64,000 nt of DNA from Bdellovibrionota bacterium (GCA_036140815.1 JAYZXX010000009.1:2648-66647), one strand, 5' to 3'. Shown: positions 9,739 to 19,702, counted from the stretch's first letter. The notes: generated by a model from the sequence alone, not told the origin. Numbers and translations: made by a program.

Positions 9739-11211
9739 ATGAAAAAAAATATTTACGAACACATCGCCACACCAGACCAAATCCCAAATACAATCAAGGA
9801 ACCTGAGACACAGGATTTAACCTACTCCTTAACTGAATTCTCAAAACAAAACAAAGATCTGACAGCTCGTTTAAGCGTACAATTAAGACGCAATGGAGAA
9901 CTGGAACTGCAAATAAAAAAACTGGGCGAAGTTATCCAAAGCCTAAAACAACAAAATGAAGAAATCTCGAACAACTCTCTAAAAAACAGGGAATTGGCGA
10001 AATTAAATGCCGAAGAATTGTTTCAAAAAGAAGAAGCCTTCAAAAAAGCCGAAATTGAATTGGGGCAGCTGAGCATCGAGTACAGACAGCTAAAGGAAAA
10101 GCACGAACAGAGAAGCTCTGAAGTGGAAAAACGCTTGAAGCGTTTCGTAAAGTATCGTAAAAAAATCCAGCGAGAAATCAGACCACTCGTTAACCGTCTT
10201 TACGAGCAAAACTACGCCCTATTGCAACAAGTAGCAGAGGCTCAAAAAGATAGAGCCATTACTGTAGAACAGAAGCAAAACATTGAAAATCAAATGAAGC
10301 GCCTTGAAGGAAAGCATCATAAAAAAATCCTAGCCGCAGCAGATCTTCAAGAAGAAATCATTAGTACTTATGAATTCGAATTAAAGCAGATTCAAAACCT
10401 GTTAGACCAAAGAGATATAGAATTAACTCAATCCGAAGAAAAACGCAGATACCTTGAAACCTATCGCGATAAATATGTCGTGATGGAAAATAAAGCCATT
10501 GCCGCCGAAAGGGTTCGCTTTGAAACGGAAAGAAAATATGATGAAAAAATTAGTGAACTTAGAACCTATATTTTAGAACTCAAAGAAAAGCATAAACAAG
10601 AAGATGATGATTACCAAAAACAAGAGTCAATGCTTGAAAAATTGCGCGTAGAAAATCATGAACTCAGCACGAAATACTTTGAAGCAGCTAGCAAATCTAG
10701 TAGTGTTCGCGGTGAGAACCAAGCCAACTTTGTTCAATGGCAAAAAGAAAAAAGTAAAAACAAGAAATTAAGCGAGGAACTCATAGAGCAAGTTGCAAAG
10801 ATTCATCAATTAGAACAGGAGAACACAAGCTTACGCCTGAAAGTAGAAAAATTAACTCCTCCCCCACAAATACCAAGCCTAATCCCAGAAGATTTGAAAC
10901 AAAAAGAAGCAACGGAAGCTAAAATCGAAAAAAACACCGATGAGTCGTATCGATTCAATGATGAAAAACTGAATTTGCCTGACTTCATTGAAGACGATCT
11001 AGACAGTGAAAGCTTTGTTATCTTGAGCGAATCCGAAGCGAGAACCGAGCCCTTAGAAATAAAATCTCCACTTGCGATAAACGAACAAACAAAAGCTAAA
11101 AAGGCCAATGCAGATAGCAATAAACTTGGCTTCGATGAATTTGAAGAAATTGACAAACTCATTCGAGAAATTGAAACTGGTTACCCTGTTCGCAGCAAAA
11201 ACCTAGACTAA
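9739..11211 (+). CDS. Long coiled-coil protein (cytoskeletal/SMC-like heptad repeats), function unknown
   Basis: 490 aa, dominated by E/K/Q/L heptad-like sequence. SD AAGGAG lies upstream of the ATG. The stop overlaps the stop of the convergent gene (CTAA). Confidence 0.6.
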   Translation: MKKNIYEHIATPDQIPNTIKEPETQDLTYSLTEFSKQNKDLTARLSVQLRRNGELELQIKKLGEVIQSLKQQNEEISNNSLKNRELAKLNAEELFQKEEAFKKAEIELGQLSIEYRQLKEKHEQRSSEVEKRLKRFVKYRKKIQREIRPLVNRLYEQNYALLQQVAEAQKDRAITVEQKQNIENQMKRLEGKHHKKILAAADLQEEIISTYEFELKQIQNLLDQRDIELTQSEEKRRYLETYRDKYVVMENKAIAAERVRFETERKYDEKISELRTYILELKEKHKQEDDDYQKQESMLEKLRVENHELSTKYFEAASKSSSVRGENQANFVQWQKEKSKNKKLSEELIEQVAKIHQLEQENTSLRLKVEKLTPPPQIPSLIPEDLKQKEATEAKIEKNTDESYRFNDEKLNLPDFIEDDLDSESFVILSESEARTEPLEIKSPLAINEQTKAKKANADSNKLGFDEFEEIDKLIREIETGYPVRSKNLD

Positions 11212-12158
11212 GACTCCTTAATCGCTATTGCCTGGTGGCTATACAGAAAACTTTTATCTTCTTTTAAAAGCTCTTCACCCCAGGCTCTATCAATGGAAAA
11301 ATCTGACTTTAGAGAATCAACAAAAGGATCTTCATTTTTTAATGTTCTTAAAATAATAGCAGAACCCTTTGGCAGCCTTGTTTTTAATGCAACTTCTAGC
11401 TTTTTTGCATCTTCCTTACTTAAAAAGTCTACATAGTTACCTAGAGACAGCAACTGGTAGGACTCTATTTCTAAATCCCATAGCTCGGAATGAAATATCT
11501 CAAAGCTTTGTACTGAATCCCAAGATTTGAAATCTAAATATGGAGGGTAAGCATCCTCATCATATTCTCCTTTGAAAAGGTGCTTTAAAAACCAATTGCT
11601 GGAACGGTCTTCCCTAAGAAGCAAAGTTTCAATATTCTTTTTCACAAAACCACAAGAGTCATCCGACCACTGGCCACCGACAATTGCCTCTAGACTTTCT
11701 TTGGCAAAAAACATACTAAAAGCCCTTTGCCATGCAAGGCTTAAAAACAATTCATTTAATATCTTTTGTTTTTCAATTTCTTCCGCTTCCCAAAATCTTT
11801 CTAAAAAAGAATCATGCTCCAGAATAATTTCATAAACAAAGCGCCTAAAAATTCTAAGCAGACTTTCATAGCGACCACATTGATTTAATCCAACTTGCTC
11901 CGCACTCAAATAATTTAAACGATCTAAATCATTTCTTTTTAAAGCAGATAACTTACTTTTTAAATGATCTAGCCCTACAATATCAGCATCAAAACAATCA
12001 AGCTGAACATCCTTATGAGTGGCTAACAAATTCAAAAGGTTACACCCTCCTCCTACTTTGAGAAGTACTTTTTTAACATTCAATTTTTCAATGACTTTTG
12101 TTTCCGTCAAGAAATCATCGGCGGCGGAAGCAAATTTAAGTGGGTTCGATTGAAACAA
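11208..12158 (-). CDS. DUF3419/BtaA-like SAM-binding-fold protein (tentative)
   Basis: Rossmann-like VLLKVGGGCNLLNLLA...DCFD. Further motifs are NWFLKHLFKGEY..DAYPPYLDF and ...LSLGNYVDFLSKEDAKKL...LPKGSAIILR. These resemble the DUF3419 family, which includes betaine-lipid BtaA. The only start in frame is a TTG embedded in the upstream terminator's T-tract, so the start is uncertain. Confidence 0.45.
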   Translation of the reverse strand: MFQSNPLKFASAADDFLTETKVIEKLNVKKVLLKVGGGCNLLNLLATHKDVQLDCFDADIVGLDHLKSKLSALKRNDLDRLNYLSAEQVGLNQCGRYESLLRIFRRFVYEIILEHDSFLERFWEAEEIEKQKILNELFLSLAWQRAFSMFFAKESLEAIVGGQWSDDSCGFVKKNIETLLLREDRSSNWFLKHLFKGEYDEDAYPPYLDFKSWDSVQSFEIFHSELWDLEIESYQLLSLGNYVDFLSKEDAKKLEVALKTRLPKGSAIILRTLKNEDPFVDSLKSDFSIDRAWGEELLKEDKSFLYSHQAIAIKES

Positions 12159-12186
12159 AAAAGGCTCCTTTTTAATTTGGAGCCTT
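12155..12186 (-). terminator. Rho-independent terminator after the STAS gene
   Basis: The 8-bp stem AAGGCTCC (12161-12168) pairs with GGAGCCTT (12179-12186). On the minus strand it is followed by TTTTTTGTTT. Confidence 0.6.
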
Positions 12187-12196
12187 GGTTTTATAA

Positions 12197-12700
12197 TTAA
12201 TCTTCTGTGTTAGCAACTCCGAAGCCGGAAAACCTCGGGTAATTGACTTTATCGGGCCTTGCATCCAGCGTTGTGCCTGCTGGATAAGCACGACCAATAG
12301 GCTCCTCGGTCCCAGTCATCTGCATTGGTTTTTGATAAGAACTTCCAACCATATCTTCAGAGAATACATTTTTTACGCTAAATGACTTTAGGGCCATAAA
12401 TTCACTATCATAATAATCAAAAGTATTTCCAATCAGATTACTGATGCATTTTCTAAATTCTAAACCCATGCAACAAACCTTTGGGCGAACGCTACTTCTC
12501 TTGGCTAAATTCTCAATGGCGGAAAAGAAAGATGTGATTCCACTACTGCCCACAAAACTAAGGCCATCAAAGTTAAAGACCACTTTTTCATCCAATAATT
12601 GAGTACAAACAGCATTGAAGCGATCCACTTCTTCATAGCTTAAATGACCAAATATATGAATGATATTGATATCGCCGTCTTTTCTTAGCCTAGCTTCCAT
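12197..12700 (-). CDS. STAS-domain protein (anti-sigma-factor-antagonist-like) with C-terminal extension
   Basis: INIIHIFGHLSYEEVDRFNAVCTQLL...VVFNFDGLSFVGSSGITSFFSAIENL matches the STAS/SpoIIAA layout, including a Ser in GSSGI. Confidence 0.55.
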   Translation of the reverse strand: MEARLRKDGDINIIHIFGHLSYEEVDRFNAVCTQLLDEKVVFNFDGLSFVGSSGITSFFSAIENLAKRSSVRPKVCCMGLEFRKCISNLIGNTFDYYDSEFMALKSFSVKNVFSEDMVGSSYQKPMQMTGTEEPIGRAYPAGTTLDARPDKVNYPRFSGFGVANTED

Positions 12701-12840
12701 TCGACTCCCCCGTCCCTGTAATATTAATAATTTGTGAGCTTGGCTTGATCACCAAGCGGTATCTAATTATTATACAAGAATGTGAAGCCACTTACAATCG
12801 GCCCGAAAGCCTAGGTCTCATATTGAACAGGAAAGCTAAT

Positions 12841-13704
12841 ATGCAAAACTATACTGGTCGAATATCCGTTGTTGCTCTACCTATTGGAAATGACTTAGAT
12901 ATTTCAAATCGCGCTAAAGTAATTTTGGAGGAAGCGGATGTAATTGCTGCTGAGGACACTCGAATTCTTAAAAATTTAGGTCAAAAGTTGTGTATCAATA
13001 TGAAACAACTTATCAGCCATCACACCCACAATGAAACAGAAAGCCTTGATGGAATTAAAAATTTGCTGGCAAATGGGAAACATATCGCGTTGGTAAGTGA
13101 TGCCGGTACCCCTAATATAAGCGACCCCGGTTTCAAATTGTTGCGATTTTGTTTCGAAAACCAGATACAAATCACGGCTCTTCCTGGCGCAAGTGCACTT
13201 ACATGTAGTTTAAGCTTAAATCCCATTGGCGGTACCGACCATTATTTTGGAGCTTTCCTGCCAAGCAAACAGTCTGATCGCATCAAAAAATTAAATGGCT
13301 TAAAAAACATGGCAGGGATCTGCTCGAAAGCTGTGTTCTTTGAAAGCCCTCATCGCCTTCTAGACTGCCTAGCTGACATTAAAAGCTGCCTAGGAAACCC
13401 AATGCTTTTTGTATCAAGAGAACTGACGAAAACCTATGAAAGTTTTTATTTTGATCGCACAGATAGACTCATTAAACACTTTCAAGAAATTGCAGCCAAA
13501 GGGGAATTTGTAATTAGCATTGACCTAACTGAAGTCAATTCGGAAGTGGAACTAAATGAACAACAAATTCGACAAAGAATTAAGGAACTCCTTAAGCTAG
13601 GACTATCAAGCAAAGACGTTCAAAAGCAACTGCTAGACCAAAGCAAGTTAGGTAAAAAGGAAGTCTACGCCTTAATCCAAGAAGAAAAAAATAAAATAGA
13701 CTAA
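12841..13704 (+). CDS. rsmI: 16S rRNA (cytidine1402-2'-O)-methyltransferase RsmI
   Basis: GRISVVALPIGNDLDISNRAKVILEEADVIAAEDTR is the canonical RsmI N-terminus. This is followed by LVSDAGTPNISDPG. ATG at 12841 has AGGAAAG upstream, and the track's TTG at 12745 is probably too long. Confidence 0.9.
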   Translation: MQNYTGRISVVALPIGNDLDISNRAKVILEEADVIAAEDTRILKNLGQKLCINMKQLISHHTHNETESLDGIKNLLANGKHIALVSDAGTPNISDPGFKLLRFCFENQIQITALPGASALTCSLSLNPIGGTDHYFGAFLPSKQSDRIKKLNGLKNMAGICSKAVFFESPHRLLDCLADIKSCLGNPMLFVSRELTKTYESFYFDRTDRLIKHFQEIAAKGEFVISIDLTEVNSEVELNEQQIRQRIKELLKLGLSSKDVQKQLLDQSKLGKKEVYALIQEEKNKID

Positions 13705-13761
13705 GAAATAGCTGTCAATGTTCCGATATGTTTTCCAGAGAAACAGCAAGGATTTTACAGC

Positions 13762-16443
13762 ATGAAATTAAAAAAATATTTCTTTAAATTAATTGAGTTA
13801 ACCGCCTTTAAACTTGGCATTATTCTTACCATTGCCTTTTACTTAGTATCCAATCGATATTACAGAATCAAAGACGCTAGCTTAATGAAATATCAAGATG
13901 ATTTAAGCGTACATGCTATTCTCGAAAATTTTCATCAAAGATCAGTAGATCTAAAACTCCTTGCTCGTGGTCCTGAAGAGAGAGATTCAAAATTAGCCAT
14001 ATTGGCCATCGATGAAAAATCGGTAGAAAAATTTGGACGATGGCCATGGTCACGAACAATTATAGCTGAAGCCATAGAAAAAATCTTTGAACATGATGCT
14101 GCTGTTTTAGCTTTTGATGTCATCTTTTCAGAGCCTGATAACAACCAAGCCATCCGCTCCTTGAACAAACTTTCAGAACAAACCCAATTAAGCGATGAGC
14201 AAAAGCTATTTGTTGAAAAAGAATTGATCGAAGCAAATTCTGACATCCGCTTAGCTGAAGCCATTGAAAAGTACTCTGATCGAATCATCATGGGAACCTA
14301 TTTCGACAACCTTCTTTTCAATCTAGACACCTACCAAGAAAAGTGCGCACAAATCGCTTTTTCTAAAACCAAAGAATCGGACTTTTTGACACAAGAAGAC
14401 ATTCCCATGGCAGCTTTAGATCAAGTGGAACTTGATCTCCCCGAAGGCATCTATGATTTTGTAGACGAAAAATTAGATGACATCACTGCAAACTTAGACG
14501 AAGAAAAAAGCTTTGAAAAAGATAGCGATCGCTTACAAGCCATACGCCAAAGTCATCTTGAGTATTGTGCAAAATGGCTATACGAAGGAGAAGACCAATA
14601 CTTAGCAGAATTCAAAGAAATATGGGCAGAAATTGCAGAAGAAGATGAAATTGAAAAAAGCTATGAAGAATGGAAAAACGACCTACTGCAAAACACCGCG
14701 CAGAACCTAGTAAACATGAGTGGTCGCCTTTGGATGAACATTCCAATGATATCTGAAAACGCTAAACACACTGCTTATTTTAACGCCTTTCAAGACCAGG
14801 ATGGGACCATTCGAAAAAATCATTTGGTCTATCGATATGGCAACACCTATATGCCTGCCATGGGACTCAAAGCGGTAATGGTGGCTAGGCGTAATGGGGT
14901 TCTAATTAATGTGGAAAGAAATCCATACAACTACTTTTTGAAAGGCGTGAAAGAAATCACTTTTACTGACCAAGAAGGCTCCCCCACTACAAACATCCCG
15001 GTGGACTTTGAAGGAGCTTTACCGATTAACTATTCGGGTCCTCAGAAAATGTTTCCATATTTAAGTATCACAGAACTTTTTAACGGAAAAGATACTATGG
15101 TCATCGAACAAAGAAAAGAGGGACGAGTCAAAGAAATAGAAGTAAACAAAGCTGAATTCATAAAAGACCGTATCTTTTTGGTAGGTGCTACCGCAACAGG
15201 GATTTACGATTTACGTGTAACTCCATTTGAAGAAAACTTCCCAGGACCAGAAACTCACGTAAATATCATGGACAACCTTCTTCGTGGTGATTTCTTGAAA
15301 ACCCACCAGGATGAGCCTCCTTATATGTTAGGATTCATCTTATTCGCAGGTTTACTCTTAAGCTTTGCCATTAGTCATCTTGGGGCTCTTTCAGGTTTAC
15401 TAGTATCTTTTTTCTTAATTGCTGGAATGATATATCTAGACTTCAGCCTACTCTTTTCACAGGGCATTGTGGTTAGCATAGTTTTACCTCTTTTACTTTT
15501 TAGTTTTCTCTATGTGAGCCTAACTTTCTTTAAGTACTTTACAGAGGAAAAAAAGAAGAAAGAATTAAAAGGAACTTTCCAAAAATACGTATCACCTGCC
15601 ATTGTGGACGAAGTATTAAAAGACCCTGAAAACATTCAATTAGGAGGCCGCAAAGAACGAATGACCGTATTATTCAGTGATATTCGTGGCTTCACTACCA
15701 TCTCTGAACAATTAGATCCGTCCGCATTAAGTGATCTTTTAAACAGCTACCTAACGCCGATGACAGATTTAGTTTTTGCCAACAAAGGTACTCTGGATAA
15801 ATACATGGGTGATGCAGTTATGGCTTTCTTCGGAGCTCCTATCAGTTATCCAAACCACGCAAGCATGGGCGTTAAATGTGCTCTTGAAATGCTAGAAAAG
15901 CTCAGGGAGCTCCAAGCGCAATACAAAGAACAAGGCCTTCCCGATATTGATGTGGGAATTGGTTTAAATACTGGAGATATGTCAGTAGGAAATATGGGAA
16001 GTGAAACCGTAAGATCCTATACTGTAATGGGTGACGCTGTAAACTTAGGCTCTCGCCTTGAAGGTATTAACAAACAATATGGAACTCGAATTATAATTTC
16101 TGAATTCACTTATCAAGATATTATCGATTCAAAACTGTATGTTTGTAGAGAAATAGATTGGGTGAAAGTAAAAGGAAAACTAGAACCAGTAAAAATCTAT
16201 GAAGTGGTTAATTTTCAGTCGAAAATTAGTAACGAGAAACTTCAATGTGTTAACAAATTCAATCAAGCTTTTGAACTTTACCACAAGAAAAAGTTCTCCG
16301 AGGCTTTAGAAGTCTTAAAAGAAGCATTGAGAATTGACCCAGAAGATGGGCCAAGTTTGCTTTATGTAGAAAGGACAGAAAACTACCTACAAAGCCCACC
16401 GCCTGAGGATTGGGATGGTGTCTTCACAATGACAACAAAATAA
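13762..16443 (+). CDS. CHASE2-sensor class III adenylate/guanylate cyclase with C-terminal TPR
   Basis: CHASE2 signature: LAILAIDEKSVEKFGRWPWSR. A TM cluster follows. Cyclase motifs are ERMTVLFSDIRGFTTISE, KYMGDAVMAFFGAP and VMGDAVNLGSRLE. The tail is TPR-like (FSEALEVLKEALRIDPEDG). Confidence 0.9.
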   Translation: MKLKKYFFKLIELTAFKLGIILTIAFYLVSNRYYRIKDASLMKYQDDLSVHAILENFHQRSVDLKLLARGPEERDSKLAILAIDEKSVEKFGRWPWSRTIIAEAIEKIFEHDAAVLAFDVIFSEPDNNQAIRSLNKLSEQTQLSDEQKLFVEKELIEANSDIRLAEAIEKYSDRIIMGTYFDNLLFNLDTYQEKCAQIAFSKTKESDFLTQEDIPMAALDQVELDLPEGIYDFVDEKLDDITANLDEEKSFEKDSDRLQAIRQSHLEYCAKWLYEGEDQYLAEFKEIWAEIAEEDEIEKSYEEWKNDLLQNTAQNLVNMSGRLWMNIPMISENAKHTAYFNAFQDQDGTIRKNHLVYRYGNTYMPAMGLKAVMVARRNGVLINVERNPYNYFLKGVKEITFTDQEGSPTTNIPVDFEGALPINYSGPQKMFPYLSITELFNGKDTMVIEQRKEGRVKEIEVNKAEFIKDRIFLVGATATGIYDLRVTPFEENFPGPETHVNIMDNLLRGDFLKTHQDEPPYMLGFILFAGLLLSFAISHLGALSGLLVSFFLIAGMIYLDFSLLFSQGIVVSIVLPLLLFSFLYVSLTFFKYFTEEKKKKELKGTFQKYVSPAIVDEVLKDPENIQLGGRKERMTVLFSDIRGFTTISEQLDPSALSDLLNSYLTPMTDLVFANKGTLDKYMGDAVMAFFGAPISYPNHASMGVKCALEMLEKLRELQAQYKEQGLPDIDVGIGLNTGDMSVGNMGSETVRSYTVMGDAVNLGSRLEGINKQYGTRIIISEFTYQDIIDSKLYVCREIDWVKVKGKLEPVKIYEVVNFQSKISNEKLQCVNKFNQAFELYHKKKFSEALEVLKEALRIDPEDGPSLLYVERTENYLQSPPPEDWDGVFTMTTK

Positions 16444-16542
16444 TGCAATATTAATAAGCAAAGACCTGAGCAAATGCTTAGCCAAAGCCCTTTACGGGCA
16501 CAAATGCTTTACAGAGCCAACAGCCTGAGCCAAAATAGAATC

Positions 16543-17310
16543 ATGAATATTCGTGCCATTGGAGCCAGCGGAGGAGTGTCTGCTGGTTATAAGACAACAT
16601 GTTACCTCATCGGTGAAGATCTACTACTAGATTGTGGAGCGGCCGCGACCGGTTTAAATTTAGAAGAACAAAAAAACATAACAGACATTCTAATCACTCA
16701 CCCACATTTAGATCACATCAAAGACATTGCTTTTTTAATTGATAACACTTTTAATCCAGCACGAAAAAAACTTAGATTACATTCAAGCTCTGAAATCTTG
16801 AGTGATATCCAAGAAAACTTTTTTAATAATAAAATTTGGCCTGATTTTTCTAAAATACCCAGCCAAAAAAACGTAAAAGGCTCAGAGCTTTTAGTCTATG
16901 AAGCATTTAAAGGAAAAAAGGCCTTAAACCAATATCAAGTGGAAATGGCGGATGTTAATCACCCAGGAAATGCCGTGGGTTTCCTTCTAAGTAGCCAGGA
17001 AGCAGATGTTTTATTCACGGGTGACAGCTCTGTGACGGATCAAATTTGGCAACTAGGAAAAAACGCAAAGAACCTAAAAGCGGTTTTCACTGAAATTAGT
17101 TTTCCAAACAATATGGAACAACTTGCAGTGGATAGTGGACACTACACGATTAATTTACTATTGGAAGATATCAAAAAACTAGGATTCGAAACACCTGTAT
17201 ACATAAATCACTTCAAACCTCAGTTTTTTCAAGCCCTGGTTGAAGAGTTTCACAAACTTGCTCCAGAGAACTGGATACTCCTTCATCAAAACCATGAAAT
17301 CAGTTTGTAG
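16543..17310 (+). CDS. Class-II 3',5'-cyclic-nucleotide phosphodiesterase-like MBL-fold hydrolase
   Basis: The N-terminus MNIRAIGASGGVSAGYKTTCYLIGEDLLLDCGAA and the motif ILITHPHLDHIKDIAFLI match the class-II PDE signature H-x-H-L-D-H. It starts 100 nt after the cyclase stop. The track start at 16474 is probably too long. Confidence 0.6.
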   Translation: MNIRAIGASGGVSAGYKTTCYLIGEDLLLDCGAAATGLNLEEQKNITDILITHPHLDHIKDIAFLIDNTFNPARKKLRLHSSSEILSDIQENFFNNKIWPDFSKIPSQKNVKGSELLVYEAFKGKKALNQYQVEMADVNHPGNAVGFLLSSQEADVLFTGDSSVTDQIWQLGKNAKNLKAVFTEISFPNNMEQLAVDSGHYTINLLLEDIKKLGFETPVYINHFKPQFFQALVEEFHKLAPENWILLHQNHEISL

Positions 17311-19651
17311 AAAGAAACTCCCCCCTTCGGTATTTTCATTTTCAGAGAACACATTATTCTCGATTTTTTTCCTATGCGCTTTTTTATATTCTCTTTTATC
17401 ACCAATTAACTCCAATGCTCAGGTTAAAAGTTCAAAGGGATTGATTTTAAAAAATGCAAATTCCATGATTCGAAACGATCAGCAAAAACGAATTGATCTC
17501 TCTGGCAATGTAGAGTTGATCTTCCAGCAACAATATCTTTCCGCAGACAAAGTTACTGTTTATCTAGACCGCAAACAACTAGAGGCCAGTGGAAAAGTAA
17601 TTTTAGCAAGTCCCAATATTTACGCGGAGGCTGAAAAACTATTCTTCAACTATAAAACCAATCAAGGGGTGATGTACAAGGCCTTTGTACAATCTGACAA
17701 AACACATTTTACTGGTGAAGTAATTTATAAAACAGATGAAAATACATACAAAATAAAAAGCTCAGAGTACACCACATGTACAAACTGTTCCGCTAGTTGG
17801 AGTTTTAGCGGAAATGAAATCGAAGCGGTATTTGGTGAATCAGCCACTATCAAGCAAAGCTTTATGAAGATCAAAGGTGTACCCGTTTTATGGTTTCCCT
17901 ACTTTATAGTTCCCTTAAAAAATGAAAGACAAAGTGGACTTCTAGCACCAATCATTGAAAGCTCAAAAAATGGTGGTTTTACTTTTGGTTTAAATTACTA
18001 TCATGTAAATTCACAAAACTCAGATAGTCAACACAGCTTTACCAATTATGAAAAACGTGGTTTAAAATACAATTATCACTACCGCTATGCCCTCTCGCCG
18101 ACAGATCGAGGAGAGCTTCGCTTCGCCTACTTAGATGATGCTTACTTTGGAGAAGATTACGTAAATTACAATAGCAATCATAGTGGCGGTTCTATTGAAC
18201 GTTGGTTTTTTAATTATAACCATCGTTTTGATCTTCCTCAATCCTACACCCAAAGAACTCAACTTTTTTTAATTTCCGACAATCAATATCCTTTTGATTT
18301 TCCGTTAGATGTAGAATTGGAAGGATACGCAGCTCTAGAAAACAGGATTTCCGTAAGTAAATCTACAGGAGAAAGCACAAGATTCATTGAAGTTATCGCA
18401 AGCAAAAACTTACTTAGCTCTGACCCTCTAGAAGACAATGAAGATGCCGTCCACCGCTTTCCTGAGTTTCGTTTACAAACCAATATTAAAAACATTGCCT
18501 ACACAAAAGCATATTACCAAATGGATATGAGTTTCACTAATTTTGCTAGACCTGACAAGGCCTACCAAGATGTCGCCAGTGGCACCGCGGTAACAGACTC
18601 CTACGATGCAGGTACCGATTACATTCGGGCTGGACAAAGGATCGTTCTTCAACCTAAGATTTATTACCCGATTAAAACCAATAAATACATCGATTTACTT
18701 CCTTCCATTGAGCTACAAAGTAATTTCTATCAGTTTGGAGTTCCGGCAACTAGCTCGGAATACATTGCCACTGAAAACGTGAATGCCTTGGATGAGGGAA
18801 ACACTGCTGGACAACATAAAATTGAGTTAAAACTAGATGCTCAAAGCCGTTTTCATCGTATTTATGAAGCGGAAGGAGATCTCGCCTTTAAGCACGAGAT
18901 TATACCAAGAATTACCTACCAACAAACTCCTTTCCTCAGAAGAGACAATCATAGTTTTTTTGAAGATGATCCAGAAGACTATTTGTCCTCTTCATTGGGG
19001 GTATCGGATGGAGATAAAATTCAATTTGATTACGATGACCAAATGTTTGATCAGCGAACACTCCAAATTGGCTTAAAGAATTACATAACAAGAAGAAATA
19101 TCACTACTGAGGAAAAAAGAATCTATCAAAATACTTTTTTCTGGAACCTATACCAGTCTTATGATTTTAAAGAAAAAACGGAACCACTAAGTGACCTTAC
19201 CAGCATAATGAATTTTACTTTTGATCACTGGCGCTTTAATACTGAGCTCCATTACTTTCCTTATAAAAATATTACCAATTCGAACATTAGCCTAAGATAC
19301 AATGCCTTCACTAACTCTTTCATAGAAATGGGCTACAACAGTCACTATGAAGTCCGTAAAAACACCAGCCTTGATCCTAACACAAAAACAGAAAGTATAC
19401 GAACAGCACTCTACTACCTGACTGATAACTTCTCCTTTGGAGGAGCTGCGGACTATTCACTAATCACAAATGACTTTCAAAACTACCGCGTTGGGGCAAT
19501 GTTTCAACCAGCAGGAGATTGCTGGAGATTAGGCCTCAGCCATAATAGCCCAGTCCTGGGAGAACAAGTAACAAAGGCTATTTTTGAGTGGTTCTTTGAT
19601 GGTAAAAAATGGTCTGGAGACAATTTAAAGTCACACCTCGACCTAGACTAA
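17294..19651 (+). CDS. lptD: LPS-assembly outer-membrane protein LptD
   Basis: OstA-like N-domain: LSGNVELIFQQQYLSADKVTVYLDRKQLEASGKVILASPNIYAEAEKLFFNYKTNQGVMYKAFV. Also TTCTNCSASWSFSGNEIE and a long Y/N/F-rich barrel. ATG at 17294 overlaps the previous gene by 17 nt. Confidence 0.85.
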   Translation: MKSVCRKKLPPSVFSFSENTLFSIFFLCAFLYSLLSPINSNAQVKSSKGLILKNANSMIRNDQQKRIDLSGNVELIFQQQYLSADKVTVYLDRKQLEASGKVILASPNIYAEAEKLFFNYKTNQGVMYKAFVQSDKTHFTGEVIYKTDENTYKIKSSEYTTCTNCSASWSFSGNEIEAVFGESATIKQSFMKIKGVPVLWFPYFIVPLKNERQSGLLAPIIESSKNGGFTFGLNYYHVNSQNSDSQHSFTNYEKRGLKYNYHYRYALSPTDRGELRFAYLDDAYFGEDYVNYNSNHSGGSIERWFFNYNHRFDLPQSYTQRTQLFLISDNQYPFDFPLDVELEGYAALENRISVSKSTGESTRFIEVIASKNLLSSDPLEDNEDAVHRFPEFRLQTNIKNIAYTKAYYQMDMSFTNFARPDKAYQDVASGTAVTDSYDAGTDYIRAGQRIVLQPKIYYPIKTNKYIDLLPSIELQSNFYQFGVPATSSEYIATENVNALDEGNTAGQHKIELKLDAQSRFHRIYEAEGDLAFKHEIIPRITYQQTPFLRRDNHSFFEDDPEDYLSSSLGVSDGDKIQFDYDDQMFDQRTLQIGLKNYITRRNITTEEKRIYQNTFFWNLYQSYDFKEKTEPLSDLTSIMNFTFDHWRFNTELHYFPYKNITNSNISLRYNAFTNSFIEMGYNSHYEVRKNTSLDPNTKTESIRTALYYLTDNFSFGGAADYSLITNDFQNYRVGAMFQPAGDCWRLGLSHNSPVLGEQVTKAIFEWFFDGKKWSGDNLKSHLDLD

Positions 19652-19702
19652 GCCTTCGTGCTGCTCATTGACTTTTCGCTTCGCTTTTCAGAAAATAATA
19701 GC

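Noticed and set aside
10806-11162. Antisense ORFs inside confidently assigned genes. Examples are 10806-11162, 13935-14291, 25152-25544, 33452-33778, 42198-42482, 36023-36289 and 60380-60688.
   Set aside because: - Each is fully embedded opposite a gene with strong family motifs.
- Their compositions are low-complexity (S/L/F-rich), typical of shadow frames in AT-rich or repeat-encoding DNA.
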